A stretch of DNA of 64,000 nucleotides, from contig CM060732.1 in the NCBI GenBank assembly GCA_030704615.1, positions 2,976,001-3,040,000 of the forward strand, given 5' to 3'. Position numbers and translations under genes: made by a program. The notes beneath the pieces were generated by a model, which saw only the letters and a program-made list of their open reading frames with translations, had not been told where the DNA came from and made no database searches. Positions 1 through 13,400 of the stretch are shown here, piece after piece (position 1 is the first letter of the stretch; every line of letters starts with the position of its first letter). The stretch comes from Takakia lepidozioides. Taxonomy: Eukaryota > Plantae > Bryophyta.

Positions 1-2679
1 GTTGGTCGAGCTGAAGACTCAGCTCAAGGATCTAATGTCAAAGGGGTACATCCGGCCGAGTAAGTCACCTTACGGAGCCCGGTGCTATTTGCAGACAAGA
101 AGGATGGGACGCTGCGGATGTGTGTCGATTACAGGGCTCTGAATAAGGTGACTATCAAAAACCGGTACCCTTTGCCAAGGATCGACGACCTCTTCGATCG
201 GTTGGCAGGAGCGAAGTATTTCAGCCGGATCGACTTGCGCTCCGGCTATCACCAAATTCGGGTGCGGAAGGAGATGAGGAGAAGACCGCGTGCAGGACAA
301 GGTATGGTTCATATGAGTTCTTGGTGATGCCTTTTGGGCTCACCAATGCACCAGCGACATTTAGCACGCTGATGAACAGCCTTTTCCAGTGGTTGGATGA
401 CTTTGTGATCGTGTACATCGACGACATCTTGGTGTACTCGAAAACAAAGGAGGAGCACCTGGAGCACCTCAAAAGGGTGTTCCAAAAATTGCGGGAAGGG
501 AAGCTGTATGCCAAAGCTTCAAAGTGCGAATTCGGGGTCACGAAAGTGGAGTTCTTGGGGCATGTGATTACACAGGATGGGATCAAAATGGATGACAGAA
601 AGGTGAGGGCGATCTTGGACTGGGAGCCTCCGACTTCGGTCCCGGGAGTGCGATCCTTCCTAAGACTCGCCTCCTATTACCGGAAGTATGTGAGAAATTT
701 CGCCAAGATCACGGGGCCGCTGTCGGACCTTCTGTGTAAATCCAAAGTCTGGGTATGGAACACATTTTGTGGCCAAGCTTTTGCTGAATTGAAGCAGCGG
801 ATGACGGAAGCTCCAGTCTTGAAAATCCCGGAGTTCGATCGTCCGTTTGAGATTCATACAGATGCATCGGACTTCGCGATAGGGGGTGTACTTATGCAAA
901 ATGGACGTCCAGTGACTTACGAAAGTAAGAAACTGAATGAAGTGGAGCGACGGTGGCCGACGCACGAAAAAGAGATGAAGGCGGTGGTGCATTGCCTTGA
1001 GCTCTGGCGCCACTATGTTGGTTCAAACCCAATGAAGGTGTTCACGGACAATGTCACGGTGAAGTATTTTGCCACGCAGCCCAAGTTGTCCCCAAAACAA
1101 CTTAGGTGGCAAGATACTTTGGCAGTGTTCGACGTGGATATCCAGTACAAACCGGGACGGGACAATGTGGTGGCCGATGCTTTAAGTAAAAGGAGCAGCT
1201 CTTGTTGGTGTACAAGGGCGAGACGACACTCCAAAGGAAGATCCGGAAGGCTTGCCGGAAGGATGAGCTGGCGAAGTCCGTGATGCAGGACTTGAGGATG
1301 GGGATTAAATCGCAGTTCCACTTGCAAAATGGACTGCTCCGGTATAAGCAAAAGCGTCTCTACGTGCCGAAAGGAGGGATCAGGGATAGTCTCTTGAGAG
1401 AATGCCATGATAGCCCGCTTGCGGGCCACGGCGGAGCCAAGCGCACTGCGGCACTCTTGAAGAAAGAGTATTTCTGGCCCAAACTGAGGGAGGAGGCAGA
1501 GGAGTATGTCAAGACATGCACCACATGCCAACAAAACCGGAGCGAGTACAAAAAGCAAGCGGGGCTGTTACAACCCTTGCCGATTCCAGAGGGGACTTGG
1601 GAAAGCGTCTCGATGGATTTTATGACTGCTATGCCGCTGTCAAAAGGATTCGATGCAATCATGGAGGTGGTAGATAGGTTCAGTAAAATGGGCCATTTCA
1701 TCCCCACCAAGGAGACGGCAACGGCGCAGGAGACAGGGCGACTTTACTTCGCCCACGTCTTAAAGCATCATGGAGTCCCGAAGGATATTGTCTCGGACCG
1801 CGATCCAAAGTTTACGAGTAAATTTTGGAGAGCACTTTGGAAGAAGATGGGGACGAGGCTGAAGATGAGCACCGCCTTCCGACCTACGACGGACGGCCAA
1901 ACGGAAAGAGTGAATTCCGTAGTGAAGCAATTCTTGCGGAATTACGTGTCGTCAGACCAATCAGACTGGATGGAACACTTAGACGCGGCAGAGTTCTGTT
2001 ATAATAACACAGAACACTCCGCAACGGGAGTTTCCTTTTTCGTATTGGTCTATGGAAAAGCACCTCTGGTGCCGACAAGTTGGGCCGCCCAGGACGTTGA
2101 GGAACCGGCAGTAGCGGCGGTACTGGAAGAACGCGAGCGTTTGTTAAAGCTCGCAAAGTACAACATTGCCAAAGCTAGGAAACGGTATGAAAGGCAGGCG
2201 AATCGGAAGCGGAGGGAAGTGAAGTTTGAGGCAGGCACAGAGGTCTGGTTGAACATCAAGAATTTCCGACTACCTCCAGAAGTGAGTCCGAAGTTCGTAC
2301 CTCCGTATGCGGGTCCCTTTCGCATTCGGAAGGTTATGAATGAGGATGTGTATGAATTGGAGCTGCCGGCAAACAGCAAGGTGCACCCAGTATTCCATGT
2401 CTCCCTTTTGAAGCCTTACTTCAAAGATGAAGCCGTCCGAATCGGCATCAAGTGTTGCGTCCGCCACCTATGCTGTTGGATCATGAAAATGAACCTGAGT
2501 ACGAGGTGGAGGCAATACTTAAGTCGAGGAGGTTCAGGAACCGAGAAATGGAGTATCTTGTGAAATGGAAGGGCTATCATCATGTGGAGGCATCTTGGGT
2601 GCGTGCCTCAGAAATGGGAAACGCATCCGAGGCGGTTGCAGCTTTCGAAGGGCGACCTCAAAAGCGGAAGAAGCGTTGA
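1..2679 (+). pseudogene. pol (RT-RNaseH-integrase-chromodomain), frameshifted
   Basis: ORF pieces 82-327, 321-1283, 1202-2563 and 2452-2679 join by frameshifts into one pol. Confidence 0.93.
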
Positions 2680-3585
2680 TGGGGACATCAACCTTGGAGC
2701 GTGGGGGAGGAAATGCATGCTTAGCCCGGTTTAGCTAGCTCAAGAATCCGATTGCAAAAACTTGTATTGTACAAAAATTTGTTATAAAGGAAATGGGTTC
2801 CAAATATTGTGCGTCCTATTGTGTTTGGAATGGTGATGCATGGTGTGGTTGGCTAGTGTGTAGAATGCATGCTAGCTTACAAAAGTGGGAGAGGTAAATT
2901 GGGTTAATCGTGTGTTTGCGCAGTGCCGAAATCGGGTGACTCCCATCCAAGGGGCAAGGAAATTTGCGCCTTCTTTGGGAGTTCACGTGCTAGTGCGCAC
3001 CTGGCGCGTGCGCGTACTATAACTGCGCTACCGAGGGGGTTGCCTTGTAGTGCGGGCTAACGCGGAAGCTACGTGCTTCCGTTCACGTACTATAATCGTG
3101 TAGCCTCGGGACGAAGTCGTAGTGCGGCTTCGGCGTGTTCCCGTACCTCAGGCCAGCATTCCAAGGCGGACCCAATTGTAGTGATTGGGGCGCACGGTTG
3201 GTTCAAGGTTATCTTCCTAGTCAAAGAGGGTTCCAGGTGAACCCTTGCTCAAGGTGATGCCAAAAGCGGCATCATGAGCGATCGCAAGCAATGTTGTTGC
3301 AGTAAGGCGATTCGATCCTCGGGGAGGATCGTTCCTTGGCCTTGAAGTAGGCCAAGAAGAGTGCACTGGTAGGAGCTGGAGAGGCTCCACCCTTGGCCGG
3401 GACTTGGAGGAAGTCGGCCGAACTAGCTAGTGGAGAGTAGAGTCAAGTGTGGGGTTTGGTTCTTTGCCATGGGACGCCATGGTACGGAAACAAACTCCTT
3501 GATGTGGGACGCCACAACTTGGATGTTCGTTTCTACAAAATGGACAAGTCGATGAGGACATCGACTCCCTGTTGGTAGGGGTGTG

Positions 3586-4311
3586 TGTCGCGGCCCTTTG
3601 CCTTGAGGGCAGGGGGTCGGGACACAAGAGGGGCTGCCCCTGTGGTGGGGGCAGTGGCAGCGATAGGTACGGGGGCTGAAGCACCCTTGAGTGCCCAAAG
3701 CACTCAAGGAGGCGGAGGCGCTCACTAGGTGGAGCCCCGCACACCGGGTTGCGGTGGGGGTGGCTCCACAATGGGTGGTGGTAGCTTAGTGGGACTTAGT
3801 GGGGGTGGCATAGGACTCACCATGGGGGTGGAGACCTTGTGGTGGGAGTCGTGGGGAGTCTTGGGACTCATCACGGTCCATAGGGGCCGTGGTGAGCGGG
3901 CCAAGACTCACCGCGACTCACCACCGGGAATCGAGGGTCTTCGTGGTGGTTCCCCATAAAATGGCATGGCTGGTTGTGAAACCCCCGCGGACAGCTACAG
4001 AAGTATATATAGGGAGTAGTAACCCCGAGAACGGTGCAAGCCCGTTGGTGACCAAAAACTAGTGAGTAAGCGAGCGAGCCGGAAAGCGACCAAAGAGTGG
4101 GGAGCTGTTCCGGACTGCCATCTACCAAAGGGAATTCTCCTAGTCCCAATTAGGTGGAGGGTTTTTAGAGGGAAGCGAAGGGGGACCGTTATGTCCCGGT
4201 GAGCAGCCGAAGCTCCAAGTTGGCCCGACGGCCAGGTTGGGAGTCAGGCGCGCGCATCAAAGCGAGTAACTATGACTTGAAGGGGAGTTTACCGAAGTGA
4301 GGTGCGCGACA
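3586..4311 (+). repeat. 3' LTR of family A (TGTCGCG...CGCGACA, 726 bp)
   Basis: Terminal inverted TGTCGCG/CGCGACA; reverse-complement match to 15106-15832; preceded by purine-rich GTTGGTAGGGGTGTG. Confidence 0.92.
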
Positions 4312-5215
4312 CTAAGTCCCAGATCTGACTGGGCCCAGAACTGGAAAAACGGTGCCGAATTTCCGATTTTGGGTGCCAGTCAGATCTGGGACTTAGCCGT
4401 TTTCGGCCCCAAACTGGAAAAATGGCGTTTTTTTTTTTTTTTTTTTTTGGCGCCATTTTTTCCAGTTCGGGGCCGAAAATGGCTAAGTCCCAGATCTGAC
4501 TGGGCCCAGAACTGGATAAACGGCGCCGAATTTCCGATTTTGGGTGCCAGTCAGATCTGGGACTTAGCCGTTTTCGGGCCCGAACTAAAAAAATGGCGTT
4601 TTGTTTTTTTTTTCGGCGCCATTTTTCCAGTTCGGGGCCGAAAATGGCTAAGTCCCAGATCTGACTGGGCCCCGAACTGGAAAAACGGCGCAGAATTTCC
4701 GATTTTGGGTGCCAGTCAGATCTGGGACTTAGCCGTTTTCGGCCCCAAACTGGAAAAATGGCGTTTTTTTTGTTTTTTTTTCCCTGCGCCATTTTTCCAG
4801 TTCGGGGCCGAAAATGGCTAAGTCCCAGATCTGACTGGGCTCAGAACTGGAAAAACGGCGCTGAATTTCCGATTTTGGGTGCCAATCAGATCCGGGACTT
4901 AGCCGTTTTCGGCCCTGAACTGGAAAAATGGCGTTTTTTTTTTGTTTTTTTTTCTTTCGGCGCCATTTTTCCAGTTCGGGTCCGAAAATGGCTAAGTCCC
5001 AGATCTGACTTGGGCCCAGAACTGGAAAAATGGCGCCGAATTTCCGATTTTGGTGCCAGTCAGATCTGGGACTTAGCCATTTTCGGCCCCGAACTGGAAA
5101 AATGACGTTTTTTTTTTTTTTTTTTTGGGCGCCATTTTTCCAGTTCGGGGCCGAAAATGGCTAAGTCCCAGATCTGACTGGCACCAAAATCGGAAATTCG
5201 GCGCCATTTTTCCAG
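4312..5215. repeat. ~170-bp tandem array with internal inverted halves (CTAAGTCCCAGATCTGACTGG / CCAGTCAGATCTGGGACTTAG)
   Basis: Unit starts near 4312, 4483, 4648, 4818, 4992 and 5161; related motifs recur at 9320-9520 near the MULE end. Confidence 0.9.
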
Positions 5216-6000
5216 TCATGCAGGTAATTCGAAGAGCGGATGGATGGAAATCCGGCGTCGGATTTCCATCCGCCAGCTAACTTGGCGCGCAAAATTTCCG
5301 TCATGCAGGTAATTCGAAGAGCGGATGGATGGAAATCCGGCTCCGGATTTCCATCCGCCAGGTAGGTCGGCGCGCAAAATTTCCCTCATGCAGGTAATTC
5401 GAAGAGCGGATGGATGGAAATCCGGCGCCGGATTTCCATCCGCCAGGTAGGTCGGCGCGCAAAATTTCCCTCATGCAGGTAATTCGGAGCGCGGATGGAT
5501 GGAAATCCGGCGCCGGATTTCCATCCTCCAGGTAAGTCGGCGCTGCAAATTCGGTAGGGCGGCGCGCCAAATTTCCCTCACGCAGGTAATTCCGAAGCGG
5601 ATGGATGGAAATCCGGCGCCAGATTTCCATCCGCGCAAGTAGGGCGACGCGCCAAATTTCCCTCACGCAGGTAATTCCGAAGCGGATGGATGGAAATCCG
5701 GCGCCGGATTTCCATCCGCAAGGTTGGTTGGAGAGCGGATGGATGGAGATCCGGCGCCGAATTTCCATCCTGCAGGCAACTCGAATCCCGGATGGATGGA
5801 AATCCGGCGCCGAATTTCCATCCTGCAGGTAATTCGAATCCCGGGTGGATGGAAATCCGGCGCCGAATTCCCATCCAGCAGGTAATTCGAATCTCGGGTG
5901 GATGGAAATCCGGCGCCGAATTTCCATCCAGCAGGTAAGTCGGATCGCTGGCGTATGGATATTCGGCGCCGAATTTCCATTTGCCAGGAATTTCGAAGCG
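5216..6000. repeat. Tandem array of ATGGAAATCCGGCGCCGGATTTCCAT palindromes (~55-85 bp units)
   Basis: More than 10 copies visible directly. Confidence 0.9.
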
Positions 6001-6099
6001 CTGAATTACCTTCCTGCAGGTAATTCTGAGCGTGTCCGATTGATTTTTCGGATTTTTCTTGGAATCCTTCACTGCTAGAGGCGAATCGGAACAGCCTCG

Positions 6100-7160
6100 G
6101 ACGGAAATTCGGCGCCGTTTTTCCATTATGGGAGGTTTCTGCGACTTCCTTTAAGGGGGCCCCGATGGAAATTCGGCGTCGAATTTCCATCCGGGGGATG
6201 GTCTCTGTCGGAGAGGTGCCGGCCTCTCCGCCGCTCTGTTGGATATTCGGTGCCGAATTTCCGTCCAGGGGTTGAAATATGACGGCCAGGTGCCGGCCTC
6301 TCCCCCCTCCCCGACTGCATTGGAACGGCCCCGGATGGAAATTCGGCGCCGTTTTTCCATCTGGGGAGGTTTTTATGTCGGCCAGTTTTCGGCCTGACCC
6401 CCCGACACGACTTCCTTTGGGGGGGCCCGGATGGAAATTCGGCGCCGAATCTCCATCCAGGGGATGCTCTCTGTCGAACACGTGCCGGCCTCTACGCCCG
6501 AGGCGACTTCATCCGGGCGTCCCCTGTTGGATATTCGGTGCCGAATTTCCGTCCGGGGGTTGAAATGTGACGGCCAGATGTCGGCCTCTCCCCCCTCCCC
6601 GACTGCATCCGAACCGCCCCGGATGGAAATTCGGTGCCATTTTTTCATCTGGGGAGGTTTTTATTCGGCCTGACCCCCGACACGACTTCCTTTGGGGGGG
6701 CCCAGATGTAAATTCGGCGCCGAATCTCCATCCAGGGGATATTCTCTGTCGCACACGCGCCGGCTTCTGCGCCCGAGGCGACTTCATCCGGGCTTCCCCT
6801 GTTGTATATTCGGTGCCGAATTTCCATCTGGGGGTTGTAATGTGAGGGCCAGATGGCGACCTTTCCCCCGAGCCGACTGCATCCGAAAGGCCTCGGATGG
6901 AAATTCGGCGCCGTTTTTCCATCCGCGGAGGTTTTTACGTCGGCCAGTTTTCGGCGTGACCCCCCGACAGGACTTCCTTTGGGGGGATCCGAATGGAAAT
7001 TCGGCGCTGAATTTCCATCCGGGGGATGTTCTCTGTCGAACAGGTGCCGGCATCTCTGCCCCAGACGACTTCATCCGTGCGGCCCCTGTTGGATATTGGG
7101 TGTCGAATTTCCATTCGGGGGTAGTAATGTGACGGCACGGTGCCGGCTTCTCCCCTTCAG
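6100..7160. repeat. ~270-bp tandem repeat (about 4 units), each with several GGAAATTCGGCGCCGAATTTCC palindromes
   Basis: Unit starts near 6165, 6431, 6706 and 6993. Confidence 0.85.
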
Positions 7161-7400
7161 CCGACATCATCCGGACGGCCCCCCAGTTTTTGACTGCATA
7201 CCGTTGGCAGTTATTGCGCAAAGACCAGGGGCCGCATTCCGGAGACAAGGTTCATTAACACTCTGACTGTGGATTTTTGATTTGGATCAGGCTTCGTCGC
7301 TCGGACAAATCGGCATCACATTCCTTCCCATCGCTGCATCCCCCTTCTACCAGGGAGCTTGCCCGCACGCCATCCTGGCAGTCTTGTGTGCACATCTTCC

Positions 7401-9310
7401 ATGGCGGAAAACCCGAGCGCTACAGTGTACTGCCCTCCTCACGAGCATAGAGCTTCATTTCCGTGCAGAGGGGACATCTGCCGGGTGATGGAGAAATATC
7501 TGTGCGTTCGATACCACCTGAAACCGGGGTCGGTTTTTTTGGAGGAGGAAAGGAAGGACTCAAACGGCCTTGTTGTCGAGAGTATTGTTGTGCTCCACGA
7601 TGATTTCGGCGATGGCAGGGAATGGCAAGTTCCACCATCGGACAGCGTCATATACAGGGCTGTTGGGGACTTCATTTGCCCGCCAAATGCACCTTCTATC
7701 CTGGCGCCTTCCACGAAACAATCCGCGAATCAGAGAGTGGCTACCTCAAAGAGAGAAGTCCGCAACGAAGTAAATCCAGAGCCGAACCCATCCATGAAGA
7801 CGAGCGAGAACCGGGTTGTTCACAACCTGTCCGACTCAGACGAGGTCATGGAAGTTCCGAGGTCGTCCTGGAGATCAGGCAAGTCCTCAATGGACGTCAG
7901 TGGAGGAGGGAGTCATATTCCCAGCACGAGCACCGCAGTTCAATCTATTCTTGAAATTCTGCGAGGGCTTCACCTGGAGGGACACCGGTCGGAGCTGGCC
8001 GGGCTGGACTATAGCAAGTTGGCAATTAAATCGGTTACATGCCTTCCCGCCGACGTCGACGGTAATATCTTCTTTGAGTTCCCTCCTCGGGCGGACTACT
8101 CGAGGGCGTCCGGAATGTTGACAGATATGGATAGAAAACATGACGGTCATCCTTGGTGCGTTACCAAAACCACCAGCATGAAGATGCTCGATGGTGTGCG
8201 GGTGCGCTACGTTGTTTGTGCGGGCGCGTTGCGGTGTTTCTCCCCAACTTGCTTCCACTTTAAATCCAGAGGTCATAGGAACGAGACCGATTGGACAGGC
8301 ACAACTCATCAACCATTTCGAGCTCATGAGAAGGTTCCGAACTCCACATTTAAGTGTGCGCATTGCAAAGAACCACCACACTGCATGTCTGTTTGTAATG
8401 CCAAGCAGTTCTATGTGTTGCACCGTTTCCCTGACCTCACCCGAGCTTGCATACACGTTGGTTCCCATTGTCACAAATTGGCGAGGGGGAACTCGCGGGA
8501 GGCTGCCCACGAGGCAGAGCAGCTCGTTCAGGAGGAGGTTAAGTTGAGACCGGGTGCCAAACCCAAACAGATACAGTTCCAAGCCACCCATAAGATGGCA
8601 TTGGCCAGAATTATGTCGGAAGACGGCTCCGATAGAGTTCCTCTCGATGAGAAGGAAATGGAGGCATTGCTGGAGTCGGTGTCCCACGTATGTTCACCGA
8701 ATGTCCGAAACCACATTGTCTCATGCAAACAGAAAATTGGGCGTGGCTCGGATATGCACTCCATTCTGGAGGTGAAGTGACGATGTGGATATGACTACAT
8801 TCATGGAAATAGGTTTCCAGGACAAGGGACTGAGGCAGATCGTTGTTTCGTATTCAAAATGTCCACGTGTGGACCTGGCAGCGGCGTCGAACTGGTCGAC
8901 AGGATGACGAGTGGGGACTTGTCAAACAGTTGGGTCATGTTCGACCATATCAAGCGAATTACAAATCACCAGTGGGTGACAATGGGTGCACATGTCTACG
9001 ACACCCACTGCAGGATGCTAATGACAATTGCTATTTGTGAGATGAAAGGAGAGGACACACAATCGGAGATGCTTCTTTGGCAGGGAATAAACGAACAGAT
9101 GGCCAAGGCGGGATTGCCCCCTCCCAGTTTCCGTGGTTTCATGGCGGACAACGCACAAGCAAATTGGGCTGCCATCCGAAGGGTGTACGGGCAAGACCCC
9201 AATGTTCCCATGGAAGGCAAGGAGAGATCTTGTGGGTTCCATTTTCTGTAGAGCCTTTCGCAGTACACAACCAGGCTCGTGGCGCCAGATTTCAGAGAGG
9301 AGCACCGTTT
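7401..9310 (+). pseudogene. MULE transposase with Cys/His (WRKY/GCM-like) N-terminal region, truncated
   Basis: DGHPW..C.G.L.C..P.C..CAHC..C..HxGxHxH; DDE core WVMFDH, FMADNAQA, CGFH; in-frame stops at 8778 and 9249; breaks into repeats at ~9310. Confidence 0.82.
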
Positions 9311-10486
9311 CTCTTTTTTGGGCCGAAAACTGGCTAAGTCCCAACATGCACTGGTACCGTGTCTGGAAAAATGGCGCCGAATTTCTTTTTTTTGGGCCGA
9401 AAGCTGGCTAAGTCCCAACATGCACTGGTATAGTGTCTGGTAAAATGGCGCCGAATTTCCCTATTTTGCGCCGAAAACTGGCTAAGTCCGAACATGCACT
9501 GGAAAAATGGCGCCGAATTACCTGTCATGAGGGGACCTATAGCCGCGGAATTCGGCACCATTTTTCGCCAGAGAGACCTATTACCGCGAAATACGTCGCC
9601 GTTTTTTCAGGATACGGACCCTATTACCACGAAATTCGGCGCCATATTTGCACATGTCGCTGGGAATTGGCATGAGCGGAAGACGAAATATCATGAGCAC
9701 AACTGTCAAAACTACAATTTTCCCTTCAAGGGGCCGAATAATATATTTGTTTTTCCTGACACATTGCATTAAATTATTGTTTTTTATTGTTTTTTATTTT
9801 CGAAATTTGTACTTCTGCTCATGAAAACCGATTGTTTTACTACTCCGCTCATGCCGCTCATGCCGCTCATGCCGCTCATGCTCATGAAATAGCTAACCTC
9901 CTTTTGGCATCACTTTGCGCAAGAGTTCACCTCGAACCCCCTTTGACTAGGAAGATAACCTTGAACCAACCGTGCGCCCCAATCACTACAATTGGGTCCG
10001 TCTTGGAATGCTGGCCTGAGGTACGGGAACACGTCGAAGCCGCACTACGACTTTGTCCCGAGGCTACACGATTATAGTACGTGAACGGAAGCACATAGCT
10101 TCCGCGTTAGCCCGCACTACAAGGCAACCACCTCGGTAGCGCAGTTATAGTACGCGCACGCGCCAGGTGCGCACTAGCACGTGAACTCCCAAAGAAGGCG
10201 CATGTTTCCTTGCCCCTTGGATGGGAGTCACCCGATTTCGGCACTGCGCAAACACACGATTAACCCAATTTACCTCTCCCACTTTTGTAAGCTAGCATGC
10301 ATTCTACACACTAGCCAACCACACCATGCATCACCATTCCAAACAAAATAGGACACACAACATTTGGAACCCATTTCCTTTATAACAAATTTTTGTACAA
10401 TACAAGTTTTTGCAATCGGATTCCTGAGCTAGCTAAGCCGGGCTAAGCATGCATTTCCTCCCCCACGCTCCAAGGTTGATGTCCCA

Positions 10487-13400
10487 TCAACGCTTCTTCC
10501 GCTTTTGAGGTCGCCCTTCGAAAACTACAACCGCCTCGGATGCGTTTCCCATTTCTGAGGCACGCACCCAAGATGCCTCCACATGATGATAGCCCTTCCA
10601 TTTGACAAGATACTCCGTTTCTCGGTTCTTGAACCTCTTCGACTTAAGTACTGCCTCCACCTCGTACTCAGGTTCATTTTCATGATCCAACAGCACAGGT
10701 GGCGGACGCAACACTTGATGCCGATTCGGACGCGCTTCATCTTTGAAGTAAGGCTTCAAAAGGGAGACGTGAAATACTGGATGCACCTTGCTGTTTGCCG
10801 GCAGCTCCAATTCATATACATCCTCATTCATAACCTTCCGGATGCGAAAGGGTCCCGCATACGGAGGTACGAACTTTGGACTCACTTCCGGAGGTAGTCG
10901 GAAATTCTTGATGTTCAACCAGACCTCCGTGCCTGCCTCAAACTTCACTTCCCTCCGCTTTCGATTCGCCTGCCTTTCATACCGTTTCCTAGCTTTGGCA
11001 ATGTTGTACTTTGCGAGCTTCAACAAACGCTCGCGTTCTTCTAGTACCGCAGCTACTGTCGGTTCCTCAACGTCCTGGGCGGCCCAACTTGTCGGCACCA
11101 GAGGTGCTTTTCCATAGACCAATACAAAAGGGGAAACTCCCGTTGCGGAGTGTTCTGTGTTATTATAACAGAACTCTGCCGCGTCTAAGTGTTCCACCCA
11201 GTCTATTTGGTCTGCCGACACGTAATTCCGCAAGATCTGCTTCACTACGGAATTCACTCTTTTTGTTTGGCCGTCGGTCGTAGATCGGAAGGCGGTGCTC
11301 ATCTTCAGCCTCGTCCCCATCTTCTTCCAAAGTGCCCTCCAAAATTTACTCGTAAACTTTGGATCGCGGTCCGAGACAATATCCTTTGGGACTCCATGAT
11401 GCTTTAAGACGTGGGCGAAGTAAAGTCGCCCTGTTTCCTGCGCCGTTGTCGTCTCCTTGGTGGGGATGAAATGACCCATTTTATTGAACCTATCCACCAC
11501 CACCATGATTGCATCGAATCCTTTTGACAGCGGCATAGCAGTCATGAAATCCATCGAGACGCTTTCCCAAGTCCCCTCTGGAATTGGCAAGGATTGTAAC
11601 AGCCCCGCTTGCTTTTTGTACTCGCTCCGGTTTTGTTGGCATGTGGTGCATGTCTTGACATATTCATCTGCCTCCTCCCTCAGTTTGGGCCAGAAATACT
11701 CTTTCTTCAAGAGTGCCGCAGTGCGCTTGGCTCCGCCGTGGCCCGCAAGCGGGCTATCATGGCATTCTCTCAAGAGACTATCCCTGATCCCTCCTTTCGG
11801 CACGTAGAGACGCTTTTGCTTATACCGGAGCAGTCCATTTTGCAAGTGGAACTGCGATTTAACCCCCATCCTCAAGTCCTGCATCACGGACTTCGCCAGC
11901 TCATCCTTCCGGCAAGCCTTCCGGATCTTCCTTTGGAGCGCCGTCTCGCCCTTGTACACCAACAAGAGCTGCTGCTTTCTACTTAAAGCATCGGCTACCA
12001 CGTTGTCTCGTCCCGGTTTGTACTGGATATCCATGTCGAACATTGCCAAAGTATCTTGCCACCTAAGTTGTTTTGGGGACAACTTGGGCTGCGTGGCAAA
12101 ATACTTCACCGTGACATTGTCCGTGAACACCTTCACTGGGTTGGAACCAACATAGTGGCGCCAAGCTCAAGACAGTGCACCACCGCCTTCATCTCTTTCT
12201 CGTGCGTCGGCCACCGTCGCTCCACTTCATTCAGTTTCTTACTTTCGTAAGCCACTGGACGTCCATCTTGCATCAGTACACCCCCAATCGCGAAGTCCGA
12301 CGCATCTGTATGTATCTCGAACGGACGATCGAACTCCGGGATTTTCAAGACTGGAGCTTCCGCCATCCGCTGCTTCAATTCAGCAAAAGCGTGGCCACAC
12401 AAGGTGTTCCATACCCAGACTTTGGTTTTACACAGAAGGTCTGACAACGACCCCGCGATCTTGGCGAAATTTCTCACATACTTCCGGTAATAGGAGGCGA
12501 GTCCTAGGAAGGATCGCACTCCCGGGACCGAAGTCGGAGGCTCCCAGTCCAAGATCGCCCTCACCTTTCTATCATCCATTTTGATCCCATCCTGTGTAAT
12601 CACATGCCCCAGGAACTCCACTTTTGTGACCCCAAATTCGCACTTTGAAGCTTTGGCATACAGCTTCCCTTCTCGCAATTTTTGGAACACCCTTTTCAGG
12701 TGCTCCAGGTGCTCCTCCTTTGTTTTCGAGTACACCAAGATGTCGTCGATGTACACGATCACAAAGTCATCCAACCACTCCTGAAAAAGGTTGTTCATCA
12801 GCGTGCTAAATGTCGCTGGTGCATTGGTGAGCCCAAAAGGCATCACCAAGAACTCATATGAACCATACCTTGTCCTGCACGCAATCTTCTCCTTATCTCC
12901 TTCCGCCACCCAAATTTGATGATAGCCGGAGCACAAGTCGATCCGGCTGAAATACTTCGCTCCTGCCAACTGATCGAAGAGGTCGTCGATCCTTGGCAAA
13001 AGGTACCGGTTTTTAATAGTCACCTTATTCAGAGCCCTGTAATCGACACACATCCGCAGCGTCCCATCCTTTTTATCTGCAAATAGCACCGGGGCTCCGT
13101 AAGGTGACTTACTCGGCCGGATGTACCCCTTTGACATTAGATCTTTGAGCTGAGTCTTCAGCTCGACCAACTCTCTGTGGCTCAACCGGTAGGGCACCTT
13201 GGCAGGCGGTTCCGATCCCGGTATCACCTCAATCTTGTGGTTAACTCCTCTTCGCGGTGGCAAACCGCTTGGTAAATCCTCCGGCATCACATCCTGGTAT
13301 TTCTCCAAAATCCTCTTGATCCAATCTGGGCTCGGCTCCCCATCGCCTTCTCCCTTTACTTCTCTAATGTAGAGCAAAAACTGGGGCTCGTGTGCCTCCT

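Larger units (their letters stand above)
1..4311 (+). mobile_element. Ty3/Gypsy chromovirus LTR retrotransposon, family A copy 1 (5' part outside window)
   Basis: RT ([15 protein letters not shown]), RNase H (TDASD), integrase (HHCC GH..C..C, SMDF, DRD, GQTERVN) and chromodomain (YEVEAIL..YLVKWKGY), then ~900 bp 3' region and 3' LTR. Confidence 0.95.
4312..9900 (+). mobile_element. Mutator-like DNA transposon copy 1 (internally deleted; right end at ~9900)
   Basis: Palindrome arrays, transposase pseudogene, (GCTCAT)n subterminal repeats and an end CATGAAATAGCTAACCTC shared with 46416-46434; abuts a truncated Gypsy 3' region. Confidence 0.75.

Noticed and set aside
85-2467. Antisense ORFs over the Gypsy pol copies
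   Set aside because: Shadow frames with no motifs; they recur only because the copies are near-identical.
4289-7266. Many ORFs with MEIRRRISI / WKFGAEFP repeats (also at 25.3-26.2 kb and 41.1-42.6 kb)
   Set aside because: Translations of palindromic DNA repeats; they appear on both strands and in several frames.
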